In this document: in pieces, positions 38,602-46,312 of the stretch | Position numbering within the stretch: the first letter of the stretch is position 1 | Layout: each line of letters opens with the position of its first letter | Sequence record: NC_106513.1 | DNA from: Escherichia phage vB_EcoS_ESCO30 | DNA length: 64,000 nucleotides | Direction: 5' to 3' (one strand) | Program-made: the position numbers and the translations under genes | Notes under the pieces: generated by a model | The model's database searches: none | What the model was told of the DNA's origin: nothing | The model's input: the letters and a program-made list of their open reading frames with translations, nothing else

Positions 38602-38689
38602 GGGCGTTTATTCCGTAAGTGGTAGCGGAGGGGATTGTAAATCCCTGGTCATTGCGACTCGAGTGGTTCGACTCCATTAACGCCCACCA
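38602..38689 (+). tRNA. tRNA-Tyr (anticodon GTA), class II
   Basis: Acceptor GGGCGTT/AACGCCC perfect, anticodon stem GGGGA/TCCCT with loop TTGTAAA, variable arm hairpin, T-arm AGTGG-TTCGACT-CCATT, CCA encoded. Confidence 0.75.
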
Positions 38690-38706
38690 AATTAAAGGTA
38701 AAGGAT

Positions 38707-39198
38707 ATGTATATTGATCGGATAATTCAAGAAGCTGCAAATAGAGGTATTATACAGTTGGGTTCACCAGCTGATATAAATAAAGATCTAATATTAGAAA
38801 GCCTCACATTTGGTACAGCTAACTTTGGTCGCGATAGTAATCGTCGATATAGCTTGAAGTTATCTGCACTATCTTTTATCAAGTATAACAAAAGTATTGG
38901 AGAAAAATCCAGCTGTGGTTTTATTTACGCAATAACTAACCCAGCTTGGGATAACTATGTAAAAATTGGTATGTCTTCTGATCCTAAAACAAGATTAAGA
39001 AATTACCAAACCTATTCTCCTTTACGTGATTATAAGTTAATACATTGGTCATTTTGGTTTAATGCTAGAGAAGCGGAGAAAATGCTTCATAATAGCTTTC
39101 CTGAACGGCTTAATGAATGGGTAGTGTTAGACAGAGGTGTAGACGAAATACTTTCCGAGTTTAACAATTTATCCAATAAGCAATTTAAGTCCTGTTAG
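38707..39198 (+). CDS. T5orf172/GIY-YIG-like putative endonuclease
   Basis: GFIYAITNPAWDNYVKIGMSSDPKTRL motif; 3' end overlaps tRNA-Glu. Confidence 0.6.
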   Translation: MYIDRIIQEAANRGIIQLGSPADINKDLILESLTFGTANFGRDSNRRYSLKLSALSFIKYNKSIGEKSSCGFIYAITNPAWDNYVKIGMSSDPKTRLRNYQTYSPLRDYKLIHWSFWFNAREAEKMLHNSFPERLNEWVVLDRGVDEILSEFNNLSNKQFKSC

Positions 39199-39265
39199 AC
39201 AAACTGGTAAAGTCACTACCCTTTCAAGGTAGGATTTGCGGGTTCGATCCCCGCACAGGACGCCA
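39189..39265 (+). tRNA. tRNA-Glu (anticodon TTC)
   Basis: Acceptor GTCCTGT/ACAGGAC perfect, anticodon stem CTACC/GGTAG with loop CTTTCAA, T-arm GCGGG-TTCGATC-CCCGC, CCA encoded. Confidence 0.75.
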
Positions 39266-39273
39266 ATTTCTGC

Positions 39274-39350
39274 ATTCCTAGAGTGTTACTGGACAGCATG
39301 TCGGTCTCCAAAACCGTACGGTCTAGGTTCGAGTCCTAGTAGGTTTGCCA
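39274..39350 (+). tRNA. tRNA-Trp (anticodon CCA), acceptor stem imperfect
   Basis: Anticodon stem-loop TCGGT-CTCCAAA-ACCGT, T-arm CTAGG-TTCGAGT-CCTAG, CCA encoded; acceptor has two U-U mismatches. Confidence 0.5.
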
Positions 39351-39356
39351 AAATTT

Positions 39357-39431
39357 GCACCTTTAGCTGAGATGGATTAGCGCTTGCCTGAAGAGCTTGA
39401 GAGGTTCGTTCGATTCGAACAGGGTGCACCA
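39357..39431 (+). tRNA. tRNA-Phe (anticodon GAA), anticodon stem imperfect
   Basis: Acceptor GCACCTT/AGGGTGC, anticodon loop CTGAAGA, T-arm GTTCG-TTCGATT-CGAAC, CCA encoded. Confidence 0.55.
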
Positions 39432-39433
39432 AT

Positions 39434-39721
39434 TTGAAGGAGATGCTGATGCATCCTGAAAACTTCTTTATTTACTGCGCGGATAAGTCGCTGAAACGTA
39501 GAATTAATAAAGTCTATCATTATCGTGCTAGTCAACAGCCTTATGTATATGCTTTTGACGGTGATCACATCCCACTAGAACAATTATCTTGTGATTACAT
39601 GATATTGAAGAACTTTGACGAGACGAAGATCTCAAGCGTTCATAATCGACAGAATCCTTTAACGTGGAAATATAAGAGGAAAAAGAAAGGCATCAAATTC
39701 TTAAAAAATGTAGTTGCTTAG
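39434..39721 (+). CDS. hypothetical protein
   Basis: 95-aa ORF directly after tRNA-Phe. Confidence 0.45.
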   Translation: MKEMLMHPENFFIYCADKSLKRRINKVYHYRASQQPYVYAFDGDHIPLEQLSCDYMILKNFDETKISSVHNRQNPLTWKYKRKKKGIKFLKNVVA

Positions 39722-39742
39722 TTTCCAAAAGTTCTGTATAAT
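39714..39742 (+). promoter_or_regulatory. strong early promoter
   Basis: -35 TTGCTT 39714-39719, 17 bp, -10 TATAAT 39737-39742. Confidence 0.7.
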
Positions 39743-39771
39743 AATTACATAAATTGAACTGGAGAAGCGAC

Positions 39772-39996
39772 ATGACAGAACAAGAATTGAATGAACGTAA
39801 GTTGGTAATGCTTCGCTTACTAAATATTTTCTCTGGTATGGATGGTGGAATTGACTTTGTTCATCTACGTTCTTTCGTAGAAGAAGCCGAGGGCGAATCT
39901 ATCACTAAAATCCTTAAACACATGGGATTACTTTTAGACGCTGCTAATGTGGCTACTGAATATAAACTAGAAGATCTACCAGAGCGTGTTAAATGA
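39772..39996 (+). CDS. hypothetical protein
   Basis: ATG 39772 after GGAGAAG SD (track start 39754). Confidence 0.5.
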   Translation: MTEQELNERKLVMLRLLNIFSGMDGGIDFVHLRSFVEEAEGESITKILKHMGLLLDAANVATEYKLEDLPERVK

Positions 39997-40184
39997 AACG
40001 ATTAGTTAGATTTAAGTGTTGTGGTTCCGAGCACATTTTCACACATCTTCGTGAATTTAAAATGTGCGATTGTGGTAAATCAGGCTATGACTCAGGAGAT
40101 GGGTTCTACACCCGTACTCTAGGGAACTTCAATGATCTAGAATTTGAAGATCTCGAAAAACAAGATAAATCGACCGTTGGCTGA
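39993..40184 (+). CDS. hypothetical Cys-containing protein
   Basis: 63-aa ORF with CCGS...CDCG Cys pairs. Confidence 0.45.
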   Translation: MKRLVRFKCCGSEHIFTHLREFKMCDCGKSGYDSGDGFYTRTLGNFNDLEFEDLEKQDKSTVG

Positions 40185-40246
40185 ATGGCTTAGGCGAAGG
40201 ATTGCAAATCCTTTTTATGTGAGTTCAAATCTCATGCGGTCGTCCA
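40171..40246 (+). tRNA. tRNA-Cys (anticodon GCA)
   Basis: Acceptor CGACCGT/GCGGTCG, anticodon stem AAGGA/TCCTT with loop TTGCAAA, T-arm GTGAG-TTCAAAT-CTCAT, CCA encoded. Confidence 0.7.
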
Positions 40247-40398
40247 ATTTGCTGAAAGAATTGTTAAATCAATTCAGGCACGCGTAGGAACACTGTCTCC
40301 GTAATTGAAAGATGAGGCACGGTTTGGAGAGGTATGCCGCTACACGCTACGGTGCTAACTCCGTCTAGGTGAAAATCCTAGTCAGCAATATAAATTTA

Positions 40399-40481
40399 GG
40401 GTCGTTAGCCAAGCGGTTTGGCGGTGGACTGTTAATCCATGTCGAAAGACAACGTAGGTTCGAATCCTACACGGCCCGCCA
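40399..40481 (+). tRNA. tRNA-Asn (anticodon GTT) with extended variable arm
   Basis: Acceptor GGGTCGT/ACGGCCC, D-stem GCCA/TGGC, anticodon loop CTGTTAA, T-arm GTAGG-TTCGAAT-CCTAC, CCA encoded. Confidence 0.65.
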
Positions 40482-40583
40482 AATTCTGTGTAGAGTTAAG
40501 TAAACCGGTAGCCAACCAGCTATCATTGCTGACATCGAATTCAGCCACAGATACCATTTTCATTAATAATTGAGGAAACAAGC

Positions 40584-40769
40584 ATGTCCAAGAATGTAAT
40601 TGCACAGCTAGAAGTTCATCGTGATAGCACTATCAACAATATTGAAGTTGAGAAGAAATACATCGAAGAACTTAAACATGATATACTAGTAAGTCTCAAT
40701 CGTCTTAATGTACGAAAAGAGTTTCTTAAAGAACTTAATGCAGCTATTGAAAAACTCAAAGCTGAGTAA
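40584..40769 (+). CDS. hypothetical protein
   Basis: 61-aa ORF with GAGGAAA SD. Confidence 0.45.
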   Translation: MSKNVIAQLEVHRDSTINNIEVEKKYIEELKHDILVSLNRLNVRKEFLKELNAAIEKLKAE

Positions 40770-40778
40770 ATAAATTAT

Positions 40779-40855
40779 GCGACCGGGGCTGGCTTGGTAA
40801 TGGTACTCCCCTGTCACGGGAGGGAATGTGGGTTCAAATCCCATCGGTCGCGCCA
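40779..40855 (+). tRNA. tRNA-Asp (anticodon GTC)
   Basis: Acceptor GCGACCG/CGGTCGC perfect, anticodon stem CTCCC/GGGAG with loop CTGTCAC, T-arm GTGGG-TTCAAAT-CCCAT, CCA encoded. Confidence 0.75.
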
Positions 40856-40880
40856 AATTAATTTAGTATGAGAATATACT

Positions 40881-41228
40881 ATGCGTAATGCCAAAGAAGA
40901 GTTGTTACTTGCCTTAAAAAATACTAATTCTGAAGTTAAGTGTATTAAAATAGAATTCGGGTATTATGGGGATAAAAAAGTTTGGGTATTACCTTTAGGT
41001 TATACAGAAGAAGACATTGAGGATTTTCTTAATAACCTAGACTTTGAATATGATTCTGGATATGGTGGACAATTACTTTATGGTAATGTATGGTTTGCCG
41101 ACGGAACTTGGCTAGAACGTGGGGAATATGACGGTGCTGAGTGGTGGGAATACAAGGCCACCCCGGCAATCCCAGAGGAATGCCGAACAATTAATGGTGA
41201 AGTAGACAATACTTTACGGTTAAACTAA
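40881..41228 (+). CDS. hypothetical protein
   Basis: 115-aa ORF. Confidence 0.5.
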   Translation: MRNAKEELLLALKNTNSEVKCIKIEFGYYGDKKVWVLPLGYTEEDIEDFLNNLDFEYDSGYGGQLLYGNVWFADGTWLERGEYDGAEWWEYKATPAIPEECRTINGEVDNTLRLN

Positions 41229-41236
41229 TAAAATTT

Positions 41237-41312
41237 CAGTGCGTAGCGCAGTTGGTAGCGTGGGATCCTTGGATGATTCGGGTCGCAGGTTCGAGTCCTG
41301 CCGCACTGACCA
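41237..41312 (+). tRNA. tRNA-Pro (anticodon TGG)
   Basis: Acceptor CAGTGCG/CGCACTG perfect, D-stem GCGC/GCGT, anticodon loop CTTGGAT, T-arm GCAGG-TTCGAGT-CCTGC, CCA encoded. Confidence 0.8.
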
Positions 41313-41318
41313 AACAAT

Positions 41319-41394
41319 TGCGGGTGGGAGGCATAGAGTTCTTCTTAGTCTCATAAGCTAAGTAAGTCCAGGGCAGTACTGGAACCCGCTACCA
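41319..41394 (+). tRNA. tRNA-like gene with anticodon CAT and non-canonical T-loop
   Basis: Anticodon stem-loop TTAGT-CTCATAA-GCTAA, T-arm TCCAG-GGCAGTA-CTGGA (no TTC), CCA encoded; one U-U mismatch at acceptor end. Confidence 0.45.
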
Positions 41395-41412
41395 ATTTCA
41401 AGAAAAACGCAG

Positions 41413-41441
41413 TTGCTTAATGCTTAATTTCTTGTTATAAT
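41413..41441 (+). promoter_or_regulatory. strong early promoter
   Basis: -35 TTGCTT 41413-41418, 17 bp, -10 TATAAT 41436-41441. Confidence 0.7.
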
Positions 41442-41679
41442 ATTTATATAAATTGATGAGGAGAAATCCTCATCATAGTTCACTAAGGTATTAGCTCGAC
41501 CTAGGACTGGCTGCCAAAAAGCACGATCCCTACTATTTGGGAGAAGTTCTAGATTAGTCCACTAGATTCAGCGGCAACTGAATAGTGTATTGGGTTTGCG
41601 AGATGACGCAGTTCCTTCCGCTCGAAGCGAAGGTGCTGTAGTTACGCCGAGCTAATAGCCTTAGTAAACTAAAGAATTT

Positions 41680-41754
41680 GGGCGAATAGTGTCAGCGGGA
41701 GCACACCAGACTTGCAATCTGGTAGGGAGGGTTCGAGTCCCTCTTTGTCCACCA
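41680..41754 (+). tRNA. tRNA-Ala (anticodon TGC)
   Basis: Acceptor GGGCGAA/TTTGTCC, anticodon stem CCAGA/TCTGG with loop CTTGCAA, T-arm GAGGG-TTCGAGT-CCCTC, CCA encoded. Confidence 0.75.
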
Positions 41755-41759
41755 AATTC

Positions 41760-41844
41760 GGGGCTATGCTGGAACTGGTAGACAATACGGCCTTAGATTC
41801 CGTAGCTTAAATGCGTGGGAGTTCGAGTCTCCCTAGCCCCACCA
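41760..41844 (+). tRNA. tRNA-Leu (anticodon TAG), class II
   Basis: Acceptor GGGGCTA/TAGCCCC perfect, anticodon stem TACGG/CCGTA around ...CTTAGAT..., long variable arm, T-arm GGGAG-TTCGAGT-CTCCC, CCA encoded. Confidence 0.65.
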
Positions 41845-41861
41845 ACTCATAGGATTTATGT

Positions 41862-42446
41862 ATGCAGTTTGTACCAGTAAAAGATGCACCAGGGTATTTA
41901 GTAAATGAGGCGGGGGATGTGTTCTCTACATTTACTAATAAAGTTTTATCAAGATATATAGTTGATGGATACCCTGCTGTAAAATTACAGATAAATGGTA
42001 AACAAACCTCTGTACTTATACACCGAATTATTTCTCATGTATTTGGGGACTTATATAATCTATTTGACCCTGAATTAGAGGTAGATCATAAGGATAGAGA
42101 TAGACTGAATCTATCTAAAGATAATCTTCAAGTCCTATCAAAAATAGAACATCAGAGGAAAACTAATAAAGATAATGGGTGGTCTGACAGTAGAGTACCT
42201 TGCCCCCTATGTGGGAGTCTAATGCTTCAGAGATCTGTAACATGTACAAATTGTAAGCCAAAACCTACAGGAAGGTTGATAAAACCAGAATTGTCTTTAG
42301 ACGACATAACTGAAAAGGTTTTATTAATGGGGTGGGTTAAGGCAGCTAAAGAGTTAGAAGTATCAGAGTCCACTTTGCGCAGGAGGTATACTAAACTAAC
42401 TGGATTAAGCCCAAAAGTATTAACAGAACAACGGAAAAGCAAATAG
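41862..42446 (+). CDS. HNH endonuclease
   Basis: HRIISHVFG...EVDHKDRDRLNLSKDNL HNH motif; 3' end overlaps tRNA-Ser 5' end. Confidence 0.7.
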   Translation: MQFVPVKDAPGYLVNEAGDVFSTFTNKVLSRYIVDGYPAVKLQINGKQTSVLIHRIISHVFGDLYNLFDPELEVDHKDRDRLNLSKDNLQVLSKIEHQRKTNKDNGWSDSRVPCPLCGSLMLQRSVTCTNCKPKPTGRLIKPELSLDDITEKVLLMGWVKAAKELEVSESTLRRRYTKLTGLSPKVLTEQRKSK

Positions 42447-42526
42447 ACTGGCGACTAAACCCGATTGGAAATCGGTTGAGTAATAGCAATATTGCCTTAT
42501 GGGTTCAACTCCCATCTTTTCCGCCA
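42433..42526 (+). tRNA. tRNA-Ser (anticodon GGA), class II
   Basis: Acceptor GGAAAAG/CTTTTCC perfect, anticodon stem CCGA/TCGG with loop TTGGAAA, long variable arm, T-arm ATGGG-TTCAACT-CCCAT, CCA encoded. Confidence 0.65.
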
Positions 42527-42533
42527 AACAAAT

Positions 42534-42623
42534 GGAAGATAGGACGTAGTGGTACGTAACTGGTCTTGAAAACCAGCCCGCTGTAGTGATACGGTGATGG
42601 TTCGACTCCATTATCTTCTGCCA
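42534..42623 (+). tRNA. tRNA-Ser (anticodon TGA), class II
   Basis: Acceptor GGAAGAT/ATCTTCT, D-stem ACGT/ACGT, anticodon stem CTGGT/ACCAG with loop CTTGAAA, long variable arm, T-arm GATGG-TTCGACT-CCATT, CCA encoded. Confidence 0.7.
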
Positions 42624-42639
42624 ACTTATAGGGTAATAT

Positions 42640-42822
42640 ATGTCTTTAACGAAAACTGTGAAGGTTACACTAACTGATGGCACAGAGTTTAGTGCACAAA
42701 TAACCTTACTAGAAGACGGTTATTGGGAAGTATATCTTCCACACGTTAATTCTACTGGTAGAGGATGGACTCAACAACAGGCTATTGTTGATGCTTTAAA
42801 TGAGGCTTCCGCTGGTTTATAA
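42640..42822 (+). CDS. hypothetical protein
   Basis: 60-aa ORF. Confidence 0.45.
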   Translation: MSLTKTVKVTLTDGTEFSAQITLLEDGYWEVYLPHVNSTGRGWTQQQAIVDALNEASAGL

Positions 42823-43189
42823 AAATTCTTGGAATATGCCGGAATTGGTAGACGGGACTGCCCAATAGGTTTACTAGGAACATCCACTCCTAGAAATATA
42901 CCTTAAAAGCGGTTGAGTTAAATGGTCTAACTCATGAAGGTTCAAGTCCTTCTGCTTCTTGATACATCTATGGCTCAAAGTGTAACGGTGCTATTTGATG
43001 CTCTTGGAAAGACTTTCCCGACAGGCGTTCGGGGGTAAGCTTCTGAGGCTAGAATAGAAGAGTTTCTGAGAGCCGCCACAATTGAAAATTCGTACTCGTC
43101 TTGAGCTGCGTGCAATAGGAGATAACTTGATTAGTATTCTAGAACATGCTAATTGAGGATGGTTTCGCTAACCCTGCGAGTTTTCAATT

Positions 43190-43266
43190 GTGGCTATATC
43201 ATAATTGGTTAATGATCCTGATTGTGAATCAGGCCTATGTGGATTCGAATTCCACTAGCCACCCCA
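43190..43266 (+). tRNA. tRNA-His (anticodon GTG)
   Basis: Acceptor GTGGCTA/TAGCCAC perfect, D-stem TCAT/ATGA, anticodon stem CCTGA/TCAGG with loop TTGTGAA, T-arm GTGGA-TTCGAAT-TCCAC, CCA encoded. Confidence 0.8.
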
Positions 43267-43291
43267 AATTAACTTAAATAGGAAATAAAAT

Positions 43292-43489
43292 ATGGCTGAT
43301 TTCTGCAAACAATGCTCCATTGATATGTGGGGCAGAGATACTGGTGATCTTTCTGGTTTGATTACAGAAGCCGAAGTCAAAGAAGGTTATGGTGCAGTTG
43401 TGATTTGCGAAGGATGCGGAGTTATTCGAGTAGATCATGAAGGCAAACGTTTAGAAGAACCGGAAAATTTAGGAGAAACAAATGAGTAA
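43292..43489 (+). CDS. hypothetical Cys-containing protein
   Basis: 65-aa ORF with CKQC...CEGC pairs. Confidence 0.45.
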   Translation: MADFCKQCSIDMWGRDTGDLSGLITEAEVKEGYGAVVICEGCGVIRVDHEGKRLEEPENLGETNE

Positions 43490-43718
43490 TGCTTTAATTA
43501 GTGAAATTATGTTAACACGTCTTGCAGAACTGCAAACTCTTCGAGATGAATCTCAGAATAACTTAGCCTATCATAAACAGATGGTAGATACTCTTACTAC
43601 TCGTATTGAAACTTACGAGCGTGATATTGCAGCATTACAAGCTCTTTTCTCTGTATCAGCACCAGATACATTAGAACAGCCTGCCGTATCTCAGCCGGTA
43701 GAAACAGCATCTAGTTAA
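43482..43718 (+). CDS. hypothetical protein
   Basis: 78-aa ORF. Confidence 0.45.
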   Translation: MSNALISEIMLTRLAELQTLRDESQNNLAYHKQMVDTLTTRIETYERDIAALQALFSVSAPDTLEQPAVSQPVETASS

Positions 43719-43727
43719 TAGCATTCT

Positions 43728-43803
43728 TGGAGTGTAGATCAATTGGCAGATCGTCGGCCTCTGACTCCGAAGGTTCCTGGTTCGATCCCAGGCACTCCAG
43801 CCA
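43728..43803 (+). tRNA. tRNA-Gln (anticodon CTG)
   Basis: Acceptor TGGAGTG/CACTCCA perfect, D-stem GATC/GATC, anticodon loop CTCTGAC, T-arm CCTGG-TTCGATC-CCAGG, CCA encoded. Confidence 0.7.
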
Positions 43804-43809
43804 AACAAT

Positions 43810-43885
43810 TGGAGAGTAGTGTAACGGTTAGCACAACGGCCTTTGACTCCGTTAATGGTAGGTTCGATTCCTCCTTCTCCAGCCA
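43810..43885 (+). tRNA. tRNA-Gln (anticodon TTG)
   Basis: Acceptor TGGAGAG/TTCTCCA, anticodon loop CTTTGAC, same architecture as adjacent Gln tRNA, T-loop TTCGATT, CCA encoded. Confidence 0.7.
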
Positions 43886-43893
43886 AACAATAA

Positions 43894-43969
43894 GCGGTTA
43901 AGCACACGGGTTGTGTCGCAGGCCTTCCAAGCCTCGCTGAGTAGGGTTCGATTCCCTCTAGCCGCTCCA
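43894..43969 (+). tRNA. tRNA-Gly (anticodon TCC)
   Basis: Acceptor GCGGTTA/TAGCCGC, D-stem CACA/TGTG, anticodon stem AGGC/GCCT with loop CTTCCAA, T-loop TTCGATT, CCA encoded. Confidence 0.7.
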
Positions 43970-43985
43970 ACTTTAAGGAAACGTT

Positions 43986-44207
43986 ATGCACGTTTTTGAG
44001 TTTCGTAATAAAAGTACCAATAAACGAGTTATTGTTATTGGGGAAACATATCGAGCATATGAACAAACTGACGGCTCTGTTATCTTGAATGATGAGAAAG
44101 GGGGTTTTAGCTTTTATCCAGAAGAAACGTATGAGGGGTTTCGTACTAAGTTTCTTTTACCAGACTGGCTAGCAGTAGCCGAGCAACGAGAATCCGAAGA
44201 TGGCTGA
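43986..44207 (+). CDS. hypothetical protein
   Basis: 73-aa ORF after tRNA-Gly. Confidence 0.45.
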   Translation: MHVFEFRNKSTNKRVIVIGETYRAYEQTDGSVILNDEKGGFSFYPEETYEGFRTKFLLPDWLAVAEQRESEDG

Positions 44208-44364
44208 TAACCTAAAATTAAGAGTTGACAAACAAAAGAAATACGTTGAGGTTGAATTAGGCGAAGAACGCTTAAAGCTAACTTTCGAGTTTCTTCAGCA
44301 GTTGGCTATGACAGTTATGACTGATAAGTCTCCTGTTATTGAAAAAGAAATCCCGTTGAAATAA
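44200..44364 (+). CDS. hypothetical small protein
   Basis: 54-aa ORF below track cut-off; ATGGCTGA overlap with upstream stop. Confidence 0.3.
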   Translation: MADNLKLRVDKQKKYVEVELGEERLKLTFEFLQQLAMTVMTDKSPVIEKEIPLK

Positions 44365-44374
44365 CGGGATTATC

Positions 44375-44449
44375 GCTCCTAAAGCATTGCTGGCGATGCA
44401 GCTGCCTTGTAAGCATCTGAACCGGGTTCGATTCCTGGTGGGAGCACCA
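44375..44449 (+). tRNA. tRNA-Thr (anticodon TGT)
   Basis: Acceptor GCTCCTA/TGGGAGC, D-stem GCAT/ATGC, anticodon loop CTTGTAA, T-arm CCGGG-TTCGATT-CCTGG, CCA encoded. Confidence 0.75.
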
Positions 44450-44464
44450 AATTTAAAAATTCAT

Positions 44465-44493
44465 TTGCCTTCTCTCTTATTTCTTGTTATAAT
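44465..44493 (+). promoter_or_regulatory. early promoter
   Basis: -35 TTGCCT 44465-44470, 17 bp, -10 TATAAT 44488-44493. Confidence 0.65.
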
Positions 44494-44523
44494 ATTTATA
44501 TAAGTTAATGAGAGGGAAACCAA

Positions 44524-44817
44524 ATGAAACGTTATCTTTCTGTTGTGTTCCAAACTGGTGGTCAACGCTATACCTATGAATTTCCTAGCTCTTGGAAGAT
44601 CAAAGAAGGTGATCAAGTAGTAGTGTTAACACCGCGTGAGGGTTTCAAGGTAGTAACGGTTAAGCAAGTATTTCCAAAAGAGCATGAACCAGCTAAAGGC
44701 ATTCGCTATAAGATGATTCATGGTGTAGTTCGTCAAGTACCACGAGTGGAGGTCGAAATCAAAGTAGATAAAGATGGTAAACTTAAATATACCTCTTGCT
44801 TAGACGAGTTGCTATAA
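44524..44817 (+). CDS. hypothetical protein
   Basis: 97-aa ORF with GAGAGGGAAA SD. Confidence 0.5.
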   Translation: MKRYLSVVFQTGGQRYTYEFPSSWKIKEGDQVVVLTPREGFKVVTVKQVFPKEHEPAKGIRYKMIHGVVRQVPRVEVEIKVDKDGKLKYTSCLDELL

Positions 44818-45023
44818 TGAGGATTACTTTTACAGAAAAGATCATGAGTAATGGTGTTATGATCATTACCGCATGGGATGGCAATCAGTGGTGTAGTGTT
44901 TCAGGTATTAAGCCTGAAAAACAAACACTAGAAAATATCTCAAAGATTAAGCGAAGAATGGCAGAACGTGCACGACTTCCAGGTGCACCTAGAAATGGCA
45001 AACGTTCTGCTGTAAAATGTTAA
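44817..45023 (+). CDS. hypothetical protein
   Basis: ATG 44817 overlapping upstream stop (TAATG); track start 44796. Confidence 0.4.
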   Translation: MRITFTEKIMSNGVMIITAWDGNQWCSVSGIKPEKQTLENISKIKRRMAERARLPGAPRNGKRSAVKC

Positions 45024-45024
45024 T

Positions 45025-45101
45025 GCTTCGGTAGCTTAGCGATCTAAAGCACTCGGCTGATAACCGAGAGATCGGGGGTTTAAATCCCTCCCGGAGTACC
45101 A
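45025..45101 (+). tRNA. tRNA-Ile (anticodon GAT)
   Basis: Acceptor GCTTCGG/CCGGAGT, D-stem GCTT/AAGC, anticodon stem CTCGG/CCGAG with loop CTGATAA, T-arm GGGGG-TTTAAAT-CCCTC, CCA encoded. Confidence 0.7.
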
Positions 45102-45197
45102 AATTTAGGAATTAAGACTATGCGTCCAGGAAAGTTTAAAAAAGCTAATTGGACTAAAGAGTATAAAGAATACTTACTTAGCCTAATAAAACATAAT

Positions 45198-45270
45198 AGT
45201 TAGTTGGCAGAGTGGTTATGCACCTCCTTCATACGGAGCGACTACAGTGGTTCAAATCCACTACTAACTA
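45198..45270 (+). tRNA. tRNA with anticodon CAT (Met or Ile-lysidine type), no encoded CCA
   Basis: Acceptor AGTTAGT/ACTAACT perfect, D-stem GCA/TGC, anticodon loop TTCATAC, T-arm AGTGG-TTCAAAT-CCACT. Confidence 0.6.
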
Positions 45271-45310
45271 TCATTAAAAGAGCTAGAGATAGCTAACTTT
45301 AGGAGCAGCT

Positions 45311-45505
45311 ATGTTAACAATTAAAATAATGTCAGCCAAGAATGGGGAACAGATTCATACAGGCAAAAGTGTAAGCTTTAATCCTAGAAATAAAAGATTG
45401 GCTATAGTTGGAGTAGACCAAGCCATCTTTTTAAAAGAAGATGAAGTAGCATATGTCATGAACCAAACTGGTAAGACAGTTTCCGTATACTATGGAAAAG
45501 TATAA
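45311..45505 (+). CDS. hypothetical protein
   Basis: 64-aa ORF with AGGAG SD. Confidence 0.45.
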   Translation: MLTIKIMSAKNGEQIHTGKSVSFNPRNKRLAIVGVDQAIFLKEDEVAYVMNQTGKTVSVYYGKV

Positions 45506-45547
45506 AGAATAAATAGCTGAGCCAAATTCTAACATCGGGGAGATCTA

Positions 45548-45916
45548 ATGAAAGCATATCAAAATCTTAAATCTGGCGTAATTAACCTTGTTCATGAAAA
45601 TCAGATTATTCAGCTATACTCCGACAATGGTGAACTTAAACAGAAAGTTCTAGTTGAAGATCTAGAAGGTATCACACCACAATTCGATCCAGAAGCCTTC
45701 CGTGAAGTCAAAGTGGAAGTCGCCCCTCAAATCGAAGGTGGTCAGCACCTAAATGTCAATGTATTAAGCCGTGATCAGCTTTTGGATGCACAGAAACATC
45801 CTGAAAAATACCCTCAATTAACTATCCGTGTTTCAGGGTACGCTGTACGTTTTAATGCACTGACTCGTGAACAGCAGAACGACGTTATTAGTCGTACATT
45901 TACTCAGGCGATGTAA
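45548..45916 (+). CDS. grcA: autonomous glycyl-radical cofactor (GrcA/YfiD-like)
   Basis: C-terminal [11 protein letters not shown]...[21 protein letters not shown]...[12 protein letters not shown] matches the glycyl-radical domain pattern. Confidence 0.8.
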   Translation: MKAYQNLKSGVINLVHENQIIQLYSDNGELKQKVLVEDLEGITPQFDPEAFREVKVEVAPQIEGGQHLNVNVLSRDQLLDAQKHPEKYPQLTIRVSGYAVRFNALTREQQNDVISRTFTQAM

Positions 45917-45997
45917 TGGGGTTTGGATACGATTTCTCCGAACTACGTGAGGTAGTCGAGCAAATTCCATTTATCTCCCAAGTTTTAGGAGAAATGT

Positions 45998-46303
45998 GTG
46001 GATCGAGCATTAAGACGCCATCATCGGCAACGTGTGAAGAACAACCGCAAGAAGTATTGGACAGTCTTCCCACATGAAGAAAGCCCTAAGCGGTTAGGTA
46101 TTATCACTACTACTCCTTGCATTTGTTCTTGTTGGATGTGTGGGAACCCTCGCAAATACTATAAAAATAGTAAAGCAGGTATGAAAACCTCGGAGATCAG
46201 GAAAATGGAAGCGATGATTGCGGACATCACCTATACTGGTGGTATTTCAAATGATGAATTTGATGGCTTCGTAGCGTTCGAAGATGAACGTCCCGATCTG
46301 TAA
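45998..46303 (+). CDS. hypothetical protein
   Basis: 101-aa ORF, basic N-terminus. Confidence 0.4.
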   Translation: MDRALRRHHRQRVKNNRKKYWTVFPHEESPKRLGIITTTPCICSCWMCGNPRKYYKNSKAGMKTSEIRKMEAMIADITYTGGISNDEFDGFVAFEDERPDL

Positions 46304-46312
46304 TTAATAACA

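Noticed and set aside
45120-45203. 27-aa ORF upstream of a tRNA
   Set aside because: Overlaps the acceptor stem of the CAT tRNA at 45198 and is very short
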